Shown: in pieces, positions 35,494 through 45,580 of the stretch
How the letters are laid out: every line of letters starts with the position of its first letter
How positions within the stretch are numbered: the first letter of the stretch is position 1
Source of the DNA: Yuukianura sp. NJ FZ-2021
Lineage: Eukaryota
DNA: 46,747 nt
Direction: 5' to 3'
Assembly: GCA_046563655.1 (NCBI GenBank)
Contig: JAJCTO010000015.1
Coordinates: 186,001-232,747, forward strand
Translations under genes and position numbers: made by a program
Notes under the pieces: model-generated
What the model was told of the DNA's origin: nothing
Databases searched by the model: none
What the model saw: only the letters and a program-made list of their open reading frames with translations

Positions 35494-35902
35494 ATGGTTC
35501 CTTCAAAAAAAAACAGGTAAAGAGACCATGTCACATTCTGCTTCCCTCCAGTTGTGCATTTACCATGTTTTGATTGTTTTTTAGAAAAAGAGTGCGGAGA
35601 GCATCAACTCCCGACTGGCCCTTGTGATGAAGTCAGGAAAAGTTGTGCTAGGCTACAAACAGGCCATCAAGTGACTGAGACATGACAAGGTCAAACTCAT
35701 CATCATCGCCAACAACACTCCGCCACTCAGGTAAGTCACTCCTCTCTCCCAATTTACAAATGGTGTGCTGCTGATGGATCTTGGGACGCAGCACTTGACT
35801 GTCGTGTTTCTCTTCTTCTGTCTTTAGAAAGTGAGAGATTGAGTACTACGCAATGTTGGCCAAGACTGGAGTCCACCACTACACTGGAAACAACATTGAG
35901 CT
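35494..35902 (+). pseudogene. RpL30: 60S ribosomal protein L30 pseudogene, intron-containing, cut by the gap
   Basis: MVPSKK..Q | [48 protein letters not shown] | K*EIEYYAMLAKTGVHHYTGNNIE; in-frame TGA at 35672 and 35832; pyrimidine TOP-like cctttctttc at ~35463. Confidence 0.92.
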
Positions 35903-36002
35903 NNNNNNNNNNNNNNNNNNNNNNNNNNNNNNNNNNNNNNNNNNNNNNNNNNNNNNNNNNNNNNNNNNNNNNNNNNNNNNNNNNNNNNNNNNNNNNNNNN
36001 NN
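35903..36002. other. Assembly gap (100 N) separating eukaryotic from bacterial sequence
   Basis: Run of N. Confidence 0.99.
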
Positions 36003-36767
36003 TGGAAAAGAGGGAACAGGTTTAAAAGCAGAAGTCGCTTCCGATGGATCGTGGCCTCCCATCACCTCTAAGAGAAGAGCTGCATCTTCGACTGTACGGG
36101 TCAAGGGTCCCGGATGATCCAGAGAGGAGGCAAACGCCACGACTCCTCGCCTGGAGCATCGCCCATAGGTGGGCTTTAACCCTACAATGCCACAAAAAGC
36201 GGCTGGCTGCCGGATGGATCCTCCTGTATCCGTCCCTAAAGAGGCCACAGCAAGCCCTCCCGCAACAGCAGCGGCAGAACCGCCAGAAGAACCACCAGGC
36301 ACTAAATCCCGTCGTTTATCGGTCGTTGAGACCCAAGGGTTTTTCACAGGTCCAAAATTGCTGGTGAGGTTTGATGACCCCATCGCGAATTCATCGAGGT
36401 TCGTTTTGCCGAGAAAAACGCTCCCTGCTTCCTTTAAACGATGCGTAACCGTTGATTCATAAGGTGGAATAAAATTCTCCAGAATGCGCGAGCCGGCTGT
36501 CGTACGTGTCCCAGCTGTACAAAACAAATCCTTAATCCCGAGCGGTATCCCTTCTAAAGGCAAGGCCTCTCCTTTAGCCAATCGGTGATCACTTGCACGC
36601 GCACTTTCTAATGCTTGTTCAGGGAGAGACGTAATGTAGACATTCAAGGGGGCACCCCGAGACATCGCATCAAGGTAGGCCTGTGTGAGTTCTGTGGCTG
36701 AAAAATCTTTTTTTAAAAGGCCAGTGCGCGCTTGCGCCAAAGTCAAAACCGTCAACGATGACGTCAT
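36003..36767 (-). CDS. gatA: Asp/Glu-tRNA amidotransferase subunit A, 5' part (cut by the gap)
   Basis: Amidase signature: [54 protein letters not shown]-like GGAAAGG lies before ATG 36767. Confidence 0.95.
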
Positions 36768-36926
36768 AAGCATCCTTTCCAAAACTAGAAACACTATTCT
36801 CTGGGATCAAAAATCCAGCTAAGAAATTCTCTGAACGGAGAAACTGCTTTGCTGTGCAGCCAAGATACAATCCAACTCTCTCAAGAGCAAGAGCTGCTCT
36901 TTTTGCTTTTAAACTTCTCTCAAAGG

Positions 36927-37571
36927 CTATTTTGATAGTTTAAGATAAATTTGACGTTTTTCGTCATCACCTAGTTTATCAGAAATCTTTAGACAAGAAC
37001 GCTTTAAGCTTAAAACCTGCTGAGGAAAAAGTAAATGCTTGACGGTCAAGTAGGTGTCACAGTCTTTATATAATTTTGAGAGATGGCGTCTACTTGTATC
37101 CAAAAAGGCAGTCAGATTCCCTTCAATATTCAGAGAAGAAGCAAGTGACCCTAAAAACGTTAATTCTGTCTGCGTGGTTTGAGACAGAGCCCTAAAACAT
37201 CTTCTGTCCCATTCGATAGATCCATTGGTGAACCACGTATCATTTGAGAGATTTTCAGAAAATATGCTGTAAGGTTCACTGATCTGTGCCTGAAAGCTCT
37301 CCTTCTTGTCTATCCCCTGACAATAACGTGTGTGTGAGCACAAGTGTTGTCAGCATAGCTGTTCCCACCATAAGAGCAGCACCTCCTAAAAGTAATTTCC
37401 AGGGTGCGTAACGTTCTTTGCGATATTGCGGCGCTTGCTTAGAGAATCCTGAAAGACACAGCTGTTCTGTTTCACTTGTCGGAACTTCATGGTGAGGCGG
37501 TCCAGCAAAAGATGTTTGAGCACCCAAAAACACCCCTAAGCAAAGGAAAAGCACGCCCAGTTTTTTATCAT
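36927..37571 (-). CDS. Hypothetical exported/membrane protein, split by apparent frameshifts
   Basis: Overlapping ORFs 37276-37554 (signal-peptide-like segment plus a hydrophobic helix) and 36927-37343. One more A in the run at 37561-37566 would give an MIKKLGVLFLCLG start. Confidence 0.5.
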
Positions 37572-37765
37572 TTTGATCATTTTTTTATCCATTTGTCTTT
37601 TTTAGATTATTCATAAACGATCTCTCTCGAAATGTCTAGATTAGATTTTTTATTTATATTGACTTTTTGACACTCTTATTTTACAGAACGTCATGCCTGC
37701 GCGGTTGAAAAAGGAGGGTTCAGCTGTCGTGAGAATCCCCCGAAAACAAGTGAGAACCCTTCATC

Positions 37766-38848
37766 ATGTCCAAACGATCCTTATCCTACATTTTTGCCCT
37801 GAGCTTCCTTTTTTCTATTCCCTTCAGTTGGGGAGGGAAGTGGGACTTCTTAACTGTCAACGATAAAATTGATGTCCTTGGACCTCTCTCTTTCTCTTGC
37901 CCTTTTTCGGAGGTGGCTTTAGACACCTGTGTCAGAAATCATAATCTAATAGGGGGTGTACGGGTTCATAAGGAGATGTTTTCCCTTTCTCACACCACAG
38001 AATCCTTAGCACAAGAGGCTGCAGGTTCTGATAGCCATTCTCAATCCCCAGAAACATCTCTCTTTCAAGCTCTCCTTTTAAATCCCCAGACAAAAGCCAT
38101 TTGGGGGCAATTTTGGGTGTGCTGATCTCCCCTGTCTCTGGGAACGTGAGGCCATTCAGCTCCCAGGGCACATGATCCCCTTGATTGGATTTGGGGACTT
38201 TACAATTCTCCATTTGTGGGCGCATCAGCAAAAGTGGCCTTCTCTGCACGGAGTGCTCGCAAGCTTTTCGCGTGATATGCGAACCATGCTCCCAAACTCC
38301 TTTCCTGTCATAAATGCACAGACACCTCTTCATCCTCTCTTACATACTCTGAGTGGAAAAGCGCACTATATGTCGTATCACTTTGATATTATAAACCCTC
38401 CCACTTTCAATTATCTCCAACTCCCTTTGAATACAACCCTGTTGGGCGGCAATTTATCGATTGTTCACCGTAGTATAGGCACACCGCTCGAACCTCACCT
38501 GACCGATGCTGTTCTTTTTTGGAAGACACAGAAAAAGAGGCTCACCACTTGAAGACACTGTTGACTCAGATGATGGAAGCAAAACTTTTCGATACTGTTC
38601 AGGCTATCGCTTTCGGAGATCTTCCTCTCCAAGGAGGCATACCCCTGAGAAATGTCCTAGGCGACCTTGATCAGATGCTGGAGGAACGAGGCATCCGTAA
38701 ACCCATCTTTCACCAATCAGATTTCTTTGGGCATGGCCCCTTGAATATGCTGCTTCCCCTTGGAACGTGCATGACCCTTCAGCCAGATATCTTCAACACA
38801 ACACGTGTTCAACTCAACATCAGCGTCAATCAATCAGCCTATGTCTAA
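37766..38848 (+). CDS. Peptidase S66 (LD-carboxypeptidase-like) homologue, split into three ORFs by homopolymer frameshifts
   Basis: LNPQTKAIW, LIGFGDFTILH, LLGGNLSIV, SIGTP, VLF(L)ED, FFGHG..N..LPLG; frame breaks at the G-run ~38103 and the T-run ~38515. Confidence 0.8.
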
Positions 38849-39508
38849 GACTCGAACACGCGTGTTGAAATCATCCAAAAAATCTCCCAAAACTTTTTGC
38901 AGCAACGTGTCAACTTCTGGGCAAGAAACCTGCACACCCATGGCCTCAAGTGAAGTGACTTGGAAGTGTGCAAGACCGCAAGGAATAATGTGTTGGAAAG
39001 CTGTTAAATCAGGAAAAATATTTAAGGCAAAACCATGGAAGGAAATGCCGTGACGAATGCGCACGCCGATGGCGGCGATTTTACGCTCTTGAGTAGGAGT
39101 TCCCTTGTTGTCTTGAATCCAAACACCGATCCGCTTTGGGTCTGTGAAACTCTGGACGCCTAGCTGTTGAAGGACATCTTGAAGCCATGCTTCCAGTGCA
39201 GCTGTGAAAGCACGTGGAGAAAGGGTGCGTTTTTTCAAATTCAACAGGACGTATCCAATACGTTGGCCAGGCCCGTGGTATGTCACCTGCCCGCCTCGTC
39301 CGCTCGTGTAGATAGGGAGGTGCTTGGGATTTTGAAGAATGTCACTCCTTTGACCACTCGTGCCAATGGTGTAAAGCGGTGGATGTTCCAGAAACCAAAT
39401 GAGCTCTGGTGCTTTATCTTGCGCAATATCAGCGACCCGCTTTTCCATAGTATCACACGCTTCTTCATAAGGAATGAGCGTGGTGTCACGCCGCCATTCA
39501 AGTTTCAT
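38834..39508 (-). CDS. lipB: Lipoyl(octanoyl) transferase
   Basis: LEHPPLYTIG, GRGGQVTYHGPGQ, KIAAIG, SFHGFALN, IIPCGL. Confidence 0.96.
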   Translation of the reverse strand: MKLEWRRDTTLIPYEEACDTMEKRVADIAQDKAPELIWFLEHPPLYTIGTSGQRSDILQNPKHLPIYTSGRGGQVTYHGPGQRIGYVLLNLKKRTLSPRAFTAALEAWLQDVLQQLGVQSFTDPKRIGVWIQDNKGTPTQERKIAAIGVRIRHGISFHGFALNIFPDLTAFQHIIPCGLAHFQVTSLEAMGVQVSCPEVDTLLQKVLGDFLDDFNTRVRVLDIG

Positions 39509-39767
39509 GGCGTATGACCTCAATCGCAAGTGCATGAATGGTGTGCTTTTCTATCTGGAGAATCTCATAAATCCGTTTATGTTGCTCCACACGTGTCAGC
39601 CCTTCGAGAAGAAGGCTTTGAATACGAATCCGAAAATGTGTCTCGGTTTGTCCTGCCTTCATACCCTGATGGCCTGCATGTAAGGCTGATTCGTCAATCA
39701 CTTCCAGAAATGTAGGATGGAGGTGAGTTTGAAGTTGTTCCACAATCCATCTCTTGATGGGCATCAT
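39498..39767 (-). CDS. bolA: BolA family protein
   Basis: LEVIDESALHAGH, ETHFRIRI, RVEQHKRIY, IHALAI. Confidence 0.92.
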   Translation of the reverse strand: MMPIKRWIVEQLQTHLHPTFLEVIDESALHAGHQGMKAGQTETHFRIRIQSLLLEGLTRVEQHKRIYEILQIEKHTIHALAIEVIRHET

Positions 39768-39786
39768 GCTGACCCTTTCCGGCTTC

Positions 39787-39895
39787 TATAGCTGAGTTTT
39801 CTTTATCATTTGATTATGCGTTGCTCGATCGCTCATGTAGGTCCACTACACGTCGCTCCTCGCGCCTATAATCAAATTAAAATGCTTTAGCTATA
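39787..39895. repeat. Intergenic palindromic element (REP/RPE-like)
   Basis: Nested inverted repeats TATAGCT/AGCTATA, ATTTGATTAT/ATAATCAAAT and TGTAG/CTACA between the divergent bolA and ispB. Confidence 0.65.
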
Positions 39896-40019
39896 TCTTG
39901 CAGTCAACACACGAGGGGGGCTTACCAAAAAAAAGAACTTGACACGCTATAATGACCGTAGATTGAATAATCGCTTAAGGCAAAGTCTCCCAAAGGATTA
40001 ATAGAAAGTCTAGTCTTCA

Positions 40020-41029
40020 ATGTCTTCTTCTCATGCTGCTTTTAAGATCAATGCGAAAATTCTTTTACTAAACCTCTCAAGCGCTGTCGCCTCTGAGATG
40101 GTGCAAGTAGAAGCCATGATTCAGCACTCCTTGAATCACCCTATCTCTCTGATCCCAGAAGTAGGCGGACACCTCATTTCCAAAGGTGGCAAAAGACTGC
40201 GCCCGATGCTGTTGGTGGCGTGTGCACAACTCTGCGGCTATGAAGGAGAATCTCATATTAAGCTGGCAACATGCCTTGAATTTATTCATAATGCGACGTT
40301 GCTCCATGATGATGTCATGGATAAAAGCCACCTGCGCCGCGGCAAACCCACAGCACATCATATTTGGGGAGCGCCTGCGAGCATTGTGGTGGGAGACTTT
40401 CTCCTCTGCCGGGCACTTGAGTTGATGACGGAAGTACAATCCTGGCCTATTGTGCATCTCATTAATCACATGGCGACCAAAATCATTGAGGGGCAAACCC
40501 TTGACCTCTCGCTGGGTCATCGTTTGGATATCACAGAAGAGATGTATCTCAACGTGATTCATCTCAAAACAGCCTGGCTCTTTCAAGCAGCGTGCGAATT
40601 AGGTGCCTTACTCACAGACCATCCAGAACGAGACGCATTACGTCTGTTTGGCTATCACCTCGGTATGGCATTTCAATTGATGGATGATGTGCTGGACTAT
40701 ATATCGACTGCCGATATTTTAGGCAAAAATCCTGGACAAGACTTTCAAGAAGGAAAAGTCACTTTACCTGTACTCCTCGCTTTTGAACGATGCTCCCTCT
40801 CAGAAAAAGAATTCTGGATACACACCATACAGAATCAACAACAAACACCAGACGATTTTGCTCAAGCCCTTCAACTCATGAAGCAATATCAGGTTTTTGA
40901 GACCGTCATGGAACACGCCCATGCTTTCCTTCAAAAAGCGACAGATAATCTCAGCGCTTTTCCTACCTCTTCTCTCAAAAAGCACTCCTGGATGCGCTGC
41001 TATTCGTTCATCAGCAAGCTTTAGCGTGA
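40020..41029 (+). CDS. ispB: Polyprenyl (octaprenyl/decaprenyl) diphosphate synthase
   Basis: GGKRLRP, LLHDDVMD..LRRG, FQLMDDVLDY, GKNPGQDFQEGKVTLP. A probable 1-nt loss in the A-run at ~40977 would move the stop from 41024 to 41029. Confidence 0.92.
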
Positions 41030-41032
41030 CCT

Positions 41033-41765
41033 GTGAGAAACACACGTCTTTTCACGCCCACATCCTTGTTTCCAGATGCTCGACTTTCTCTGACGGGTCA
41101 TTCTGCTCATTATCTCGCCCACGTTCTCAGATTCAAAGCAGGGGCACACGTTCACCTTTTTAATGGGATCGACGGAGAATGGCAGGCTGAACTTCTTAAA
41201 ATCCATAAAAAGTATGGACTTGCGTATCCAACAACGCCTACGGGCGCCAGAGGCAACACAAACGGAGCTCTTCCTGTTCTTTGCTCCCCTCAAGCCGCAT
41301 CGTCTGGAGATGCTCATTGAGAAGGCAACAGAGATGGGTACTACCCACTTCGTTCCCTGTGAAACACGCCATACGACTGTTCGCCAACTGAATCTCAAAA
41401 GATGGGAAGCGATCGCACTTTCGGCAACAGAACAATGCGGCCGTCTGGCCCCTCCTCTCTTTCTCCCTCTCGCGCCTTTAGAAGTTCATTTACGGGGGTG
41501 GCAGGTGGGCGCCCCCTTTTTCTTTGGGGAGATCGGCAGCACCTCTTCTTTCTGGAATGAGCTCCAAACACTGAACACACTCCCTCCTCCTTCTCAGATA
41601 GGATTTCTAGTCGGTCCGGAAGGAGGCTGGAGTCTAGAAGAAAAAAACCTTTTAGATAGCACACCTTTTGCGTGCGGAGTCTCGTTAGGCCCCACTGTCC
41701 TACGCGCAGAAACAGCAGCCCTTCTTGGTATTGGTTTGTTACGTCTCGCGCTACTGACGGCCTGA
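41033..41765 (+). CDS. rsmE: 16S rRNA m3U1498 methyltransferase (frameshift in A-run ~41207)
   Basis: N-terminal half HYLAHVLR..LFNG; C-terminal half EKATEMG, ATEQCGR, VGPEGG, LGPTVLRAETA. Confidence 0.93.
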
Positions 41766-41823
41766 ACTCTCTTTTCTCAACAAGAAACTATCTCCAGTGA
41801 GAAAAGGGGTTCCCCGCAGCTCA

Positions 41824-42939
41824 TCACACAACTGTTTCCAGAAGAGATCGATAAATCGATTTGAGCTGCTCCAGGTCCTCAAGAGAGGCGTGCTCATTCA
41901 CTTGGTGGATCGTGGTCTCGAGTAATCCGCATTCGAGCACAGGGCACAGCACACTTAAAAAACGACCATCCGTGGTACCGCCTGTCGTATCGAGAGTGGG
42001 GGGTTTATGTGTGACCTGCGTGATTGCTTGAGAAAAGACTTTAATCCAGTGAGAATCTTGGGTGAGAAACGCTTCTCCGTGTTGGTCAAGTGACAGTTCA
42101 TGAGAGCCTGCTTGCTGCGCGCATAGCGCCCGAACAGTATCGGCAATTTGGTCGCTTGTATGGCACGTATTAAAACGGATACCAAAGCGTGCGCTCGCGG
42201 TTCGTGGAATGATATTGGTGGTCGGGTTGCCTACATCGATTGATGTGATCTCAAAATGTGTCGGTTCAAAAACAGGTGTTCCCGTATCAAAGACATAATC
42301 GGAGAGTGTCTGTAAGCATGTGATCAAACGTGGAATCGGATTATCGGCAAGATGGGGATAGGCAATGTGCCCTTGGGTACCCAAACAACGAAGAGTTCCG
42401 GTGACGCTCCCGCGTCGCCCCACTTTCAGAATCTCACCAACCGTCTTGAGACCTGTGGGCTCTCCAATCACACACAGATCGGGTTTAATATGGCGCTCTT
42501 GAAGCCACGGGAGCATCTGTTGAATTCCATGAATGGCAGGACCTTCTTCATCACTGGTCAGGAGTAAACTGAGAGAAAGGTCTGTGTCGGGGTGATCCTC
42601 CAAGAATTCTTGAACAGCGATCAAGAAACATCCAATGGCTCCTTTCATGTCTGCAATACCGCGTCCCCAAAGGGCTCCCTCGTGAATACGTCCTTCAAAA
42701 GGCGGCACAGACCATGCCTCAAGATCTCCGGGAGGCACCACATCCACATGCCCTGCAAAACAGAGATGCGTCCCCTTTCGCATACGATGCGCATAGAGAT
42801 TCGTGACTGCTTGACACACAACAGTCTCAACCTCAAACCCTAACGGTTTTAAAAAGGTCTTGATGATGTCAAAAGTTTTATCTGGATTCGGTGTGAGACT
42901 CGGACAACGGATCAGAGATTGGATGAGGGGGAGAAGCAT
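41824..42939 (-). CDS. dapE: Succinyl-diaminopimelate desuccinylase
   Basis: FAGHVDVVP, GRGIADMKG, DEEG, GEPT, GRRGS, GHIAYPH, IHQVNE; downstream of dapD. Confidence 0.96.
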   Translation of the reverse strand: MLLPLIQSLIRCPSLTPNPDKTFDIIKTFLKPLGFEVETVVCQAVTNLYAHRMRKGTHLCFAGHVDVVPPGDLEAWSVPPFEGRIHEGALWGRGIADMKGAIGCFLIAVQEFLEDHPDTDLSLSLLLTSDEEGPAIHGIQQMLPWLQERHIKPDLCVIGEPTGLKTVGEILKVGRRGSVTGTLRCLGTQGHIAYPHLADNPIPRLITCLQTLSDYVFDTGTPVFEPTHFEITSIDVGNPTTNIIPRTASARFGIRFNTCHTSDQIADTVRALCAQQAGSHELSLDQHGEAFLTQDSHWIKVFSQAITQVTHKPPTLDTTGGTTDGRFLSVLCPVLECGLLETTIHQVNEHASLEDLEQLKSIYRSLLETVV

Positions 42940-42963
42940 AGGTGTTATGACAGGCGCTCCCAC

Positions 42964-43063
42964 CCGCCATCATTGCGAGAGCCGCCACAGATTTGAGGAA
43001 ACAATCCATAAAAAGTAATACTGGATTGCTTCGGCACGACTTTATCGCTCCTCGCAACGACGG
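42964..43063. repeat. ~100-bp palindromic element of the alphaproteobacterial RPE-like type
   Basis: CATCATTGCGAG...CAATCCA...TGGATTGC...CTCGCAACGACG fills the dapD-dapE spacer. Confidence 0.75.
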
Positions 43064-43077
43064 AATTTTTGTGCATC

Positions 43078-43881
43078 TCATCCCCGCAACAACTCATTAA
43101 TGGCAACCTTTTCACGTGTTTTGGCATCCACGTGTTTGACAATAACAGCACAATTCACACTGAGAAGAGAGCTCTCTTCGCTCGCACATGCACCTGGCAC
43201 AACCACAGCGTAAGGCGGGATTCTACCATACGAAACATGCCCTGTCGCACGGTCAATAATTTTTGTGGAAGCGCCAATCATCACGCCCATTCCGAGAACG
43301 GCTCCCTCTTCCACAAGGACACCTTCGACAATCTGAGAGCGCGCACCAATAAAACACTTATCTTCAATAATGACAGGTTGTAGCTGGACAGGCTCTAAAA
43401 CACCTCCAATGCCTACAGCATCAGAAAGATGGCAATGTGCTCCAATTTGTGCGCAAGACCCCACCCGCACATGGGAGTCAATCATGGTGCCTTCGCCAAT
43501 AAAAGCACCTGTGTTAATAAAGCTTGGCATAATAATCGCGTGAGGACTGATGAAGCTTCCCCACCGTATAATCGCGCCTGGCGCCAAGCGGAAAGCATGT
43601 TTCTCAAAATCAGGAGTGGTCCATCCCGCACATTTGAGAGGGATTTTATCATAAAAAGGAAACGCTGCATCTCCTCCCACTTGAGAAGATTTTTGCTTAA
43701 AGTAAAGTAAGATCGCTTTTTTAATCCAGGTATTGATATGCCAGGAATCCCCCTTTTTTTCTGCAATACGTAAAAGCCCTTGATCCAATCCGGATAAAAT
43801 GAGCTCGAGAGTTTCAAGCCCACAGTCCCCTTGGGTGTCCCAAATATTTTCGATCTTGTCTTTAAAATTGAGGTTTTCCAT
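43078..43881 (-). CDS. dapD: Tetrahydrodipicolinate N-succinyltransferase
   Basis: WIKKAILLYF, YDKIPLK, MPSFIN, VGSCAQIG, IGGVLEP, INELLR. Confidence 0.97.
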   Translation of the reverse strand: MENLNFKDKIENIWDTQGDCGLETLELILSGLDQGLLRIAEKKGDSWHINTWIKKAILLYFKQKSSQVGGDAAFPFYDKIPLKCAGWTTPDFEKHAFRLAPGAIIRWGSFISPHAIIMPSFINTGAFIGEGTMIDSHVRVGSCAQIGAHCHLSDAVGIGGVLEPVQLQPVIIEDKCFIGARSQIVEGVLVEEGAVLGMGVMIGASTKIIDRATGHVSYGRIPPYAVVVPGACASEESSLLSVNCAVIVKHVDAKTREKVAINELLRG

Positions 43882-43976
43882 ACTGTTCTTCGTTTTACAA
43901 TCAAATTCCCCTAAAAGAAATCTTTCAAAGTTTTGAGAACTATGTCAAGAATGAGGAGCGTTGCAGCAGCGTTTTT

Positions 43977-43989
43977 GCGGGCGTGGTGG

Positions 43990-44022
<33 letters not shown>

Positions 44023-44061
44023 GGTAAAACCGTGGGGGTTCAAGTCCCTCCGTCCGTACCA
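43977..44061 (+). tRNA. tRNA-Leu(TAG)
   Basis: 85 nt with full cloverleaf, CCAGA-TTTAGGT-TCTGG anticodon arm, long variable arm and encoded CCA; the usual position upstream of tig in Alphaproteobacteria. Confidence 0.96.
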
Positions 44062-44116
44062 GAGCGCGGAGCGACGCAGAAATCGAGGCGAGGGTCAGTG
44101 AAAGATTAGGGTAACT

Positions 44117-45499
44117 ATGAGCGATATAAAGACAGAAGAAATTGTAAACGAAGGTTTAAAAAGACAATTTCGGATCACCGTTCCGGCAGAACGTGTACAG
44201 GCCCGCGTTGATCAGCTCATCCGAGAAAAAGGGAAAACTTACGCAGAAGCAGGATTTCGTCCAGGTAAAGTGCCTTTCGAGCGTATAAAAATGCTCTTTG
44301 AAGGAAGCGCCACAGAGAAAACTGTCCCTGAAATCATTCAAGAAACAGCAAGCGCTTTTTTGAAAGAGCAAGCAGTGACCCTTGCTTTTAAACCTGAGTA
44401 TACGCTTGAAAGCTATGAACCCACAAAAGAACTCATCTATACGCTTTCTTTTGAAATCATGCCTGAAATTCCTGAAATCTCAGATGACGGACTCAAACTT
44501 CGTAGAGCAGAACTTAAGATCTCGGACGCAGACATTGAGCTCTATGTCAAAGAATGGGCAGCTTCTTACAAAGATTCTCAACCCCTCTCCAAAAAGCGGC
44601 CAGCTCAAAAAGGCGACCTTTTACGTGTCATGATGACAATCACACCAAAGGGAGCGAAAGAATCTGAAACGAGTGAGATGGATTTTGTCTTGACGGAAGA
44701 GGAATTGCGTCCTGAAATTCTTCAGGTTCTTCTCGGGACAAAACCTGGTGATACAGTGAGTCAAGATATTTTCTTTCCGAAAAATGCGCCCGACCGCAAG
44801 TTGGCCGGAAAGATGGTGCATGCAACGTTTGAAGTGCAAGATATTCGGGAACAAATCCCCTTTGAACCTACTCCCGCTTTTGCCCAATTTTTAAAACTTA
44901 AAGATCTGGAAGAAGTCCAATCGCGCGCGAAGCAGGCTCTTGAAAAGCAAGGGGAGCATATGGCCTTTTTATGGGTTAAGCGTCAGATTCTCGACTTTTT
45001 TGCCAAAAAATACACTTTTGAAGTACCCGTTCGCATGGTGGATCTGGAATACCAATCCATTTGGGATCAAACTTATAGAGAGATTGGAGTGCCAGCAAAA
45101 GCCCCTGAGAATGATCCTGAAGCGCAATCGAGTCGGGCAGAACTGTTTCAATCGCACGTCGGCAAATCCGAAAAAGAGCTGGAAGATTTTTATCGAAAGG
45201 CAGCGACACGCAGAGTACGTTTAGGCTTTGTCTTAACGCAATATGGTAAAACTCTTGACGTTCAGGTGACAGACAAAGAAATGCAAGCCGCTTTTCTAGA
45301 GGAATTGAAGAAATATCCCGGTGAAGAAAAGAAGGTGATGGAATTTTATCGCACCAATCCTCAAGCGTTCAGCCGTCTTCAAGCACCGGTTTTCGAAGAC
45401 AAGCTTCTCCGTCATCTAGCGGATCGTCACCTCAGTGAGCCAGAAGAGATGACGATGGACGCGTTATTGAAGCTAATCGAGAATGAAGAAGGATTTTAG
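44117..45499 (+). CDS. tig: Trigger factor
   Basis: EGLKRQFRITVP, GFRPGKVP, FEVPVRMVDLE, ATRRVRLG, LQAPVFEDK. Confidence 0.95.
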   Translation: MSDIKTEEIVNEGLKRQFRITVPAERVQARVDQLIREKGKTYAEAGFRPGKVPFERIKMLFEGSATEKTVPEIIQETASAFLKEQAVTLAFKPEYTLESYEPTKELIYTLSFEIMPEIPEISDDGLKLRRAELKISDADIELYVKEWAASYKDSQPLSKKRPAQKGDLLRVMMTITPKGAKESETSEMDFVLTEEELRPEILQVLLGTKPGDTVSQDIFFPKNAPDRKLAGKMVHATFEVQDIREQIPFEPTPAFAQFLKLKDLEEVQSRAKQALEKQGEHMAFLWVKRQILDFFAKKYTFEVPVRMVDLEYQSIWDQTYREIGVPAKAPENDPEAQSSRAELFQSHVGKSEKELEDFYRKAATRRVRLGFVLTQYGKTLDVQVTDKEMQAAFLEELKKYPGEEKKVMEFYRTNPQAFSRLQAPVFEDKLLRHLADRHLSEPEEMTMDALLKLIENEEGF

Positions 45500-45507
45500 C
45501 TTCAGAG

Positions 45508-45548
45508 GCGCCTCATGACGAGGCCCTTAGGGGCTCTCGTACGGGCTT
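45508..45548. terminator. Hairpin between the convergent tig and 6S RNA
   Basis: ACGAG-GCCC-TTAG-GGGC-T-CTCGT stem; the U tail is short. Confidence 0.3.
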
Positions 45549-45580
45549 TGAATAAACCGTCAGATATCCCACAGGAAAAA

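Noticed and set aside
35754..36794. A single ORF fusing gatA with eukaryotic sequence, as evidence of HGT
   Set aside because: The ORF reads through 100 Ns, so the adjacency is a scaffolding join and not observed sequence.
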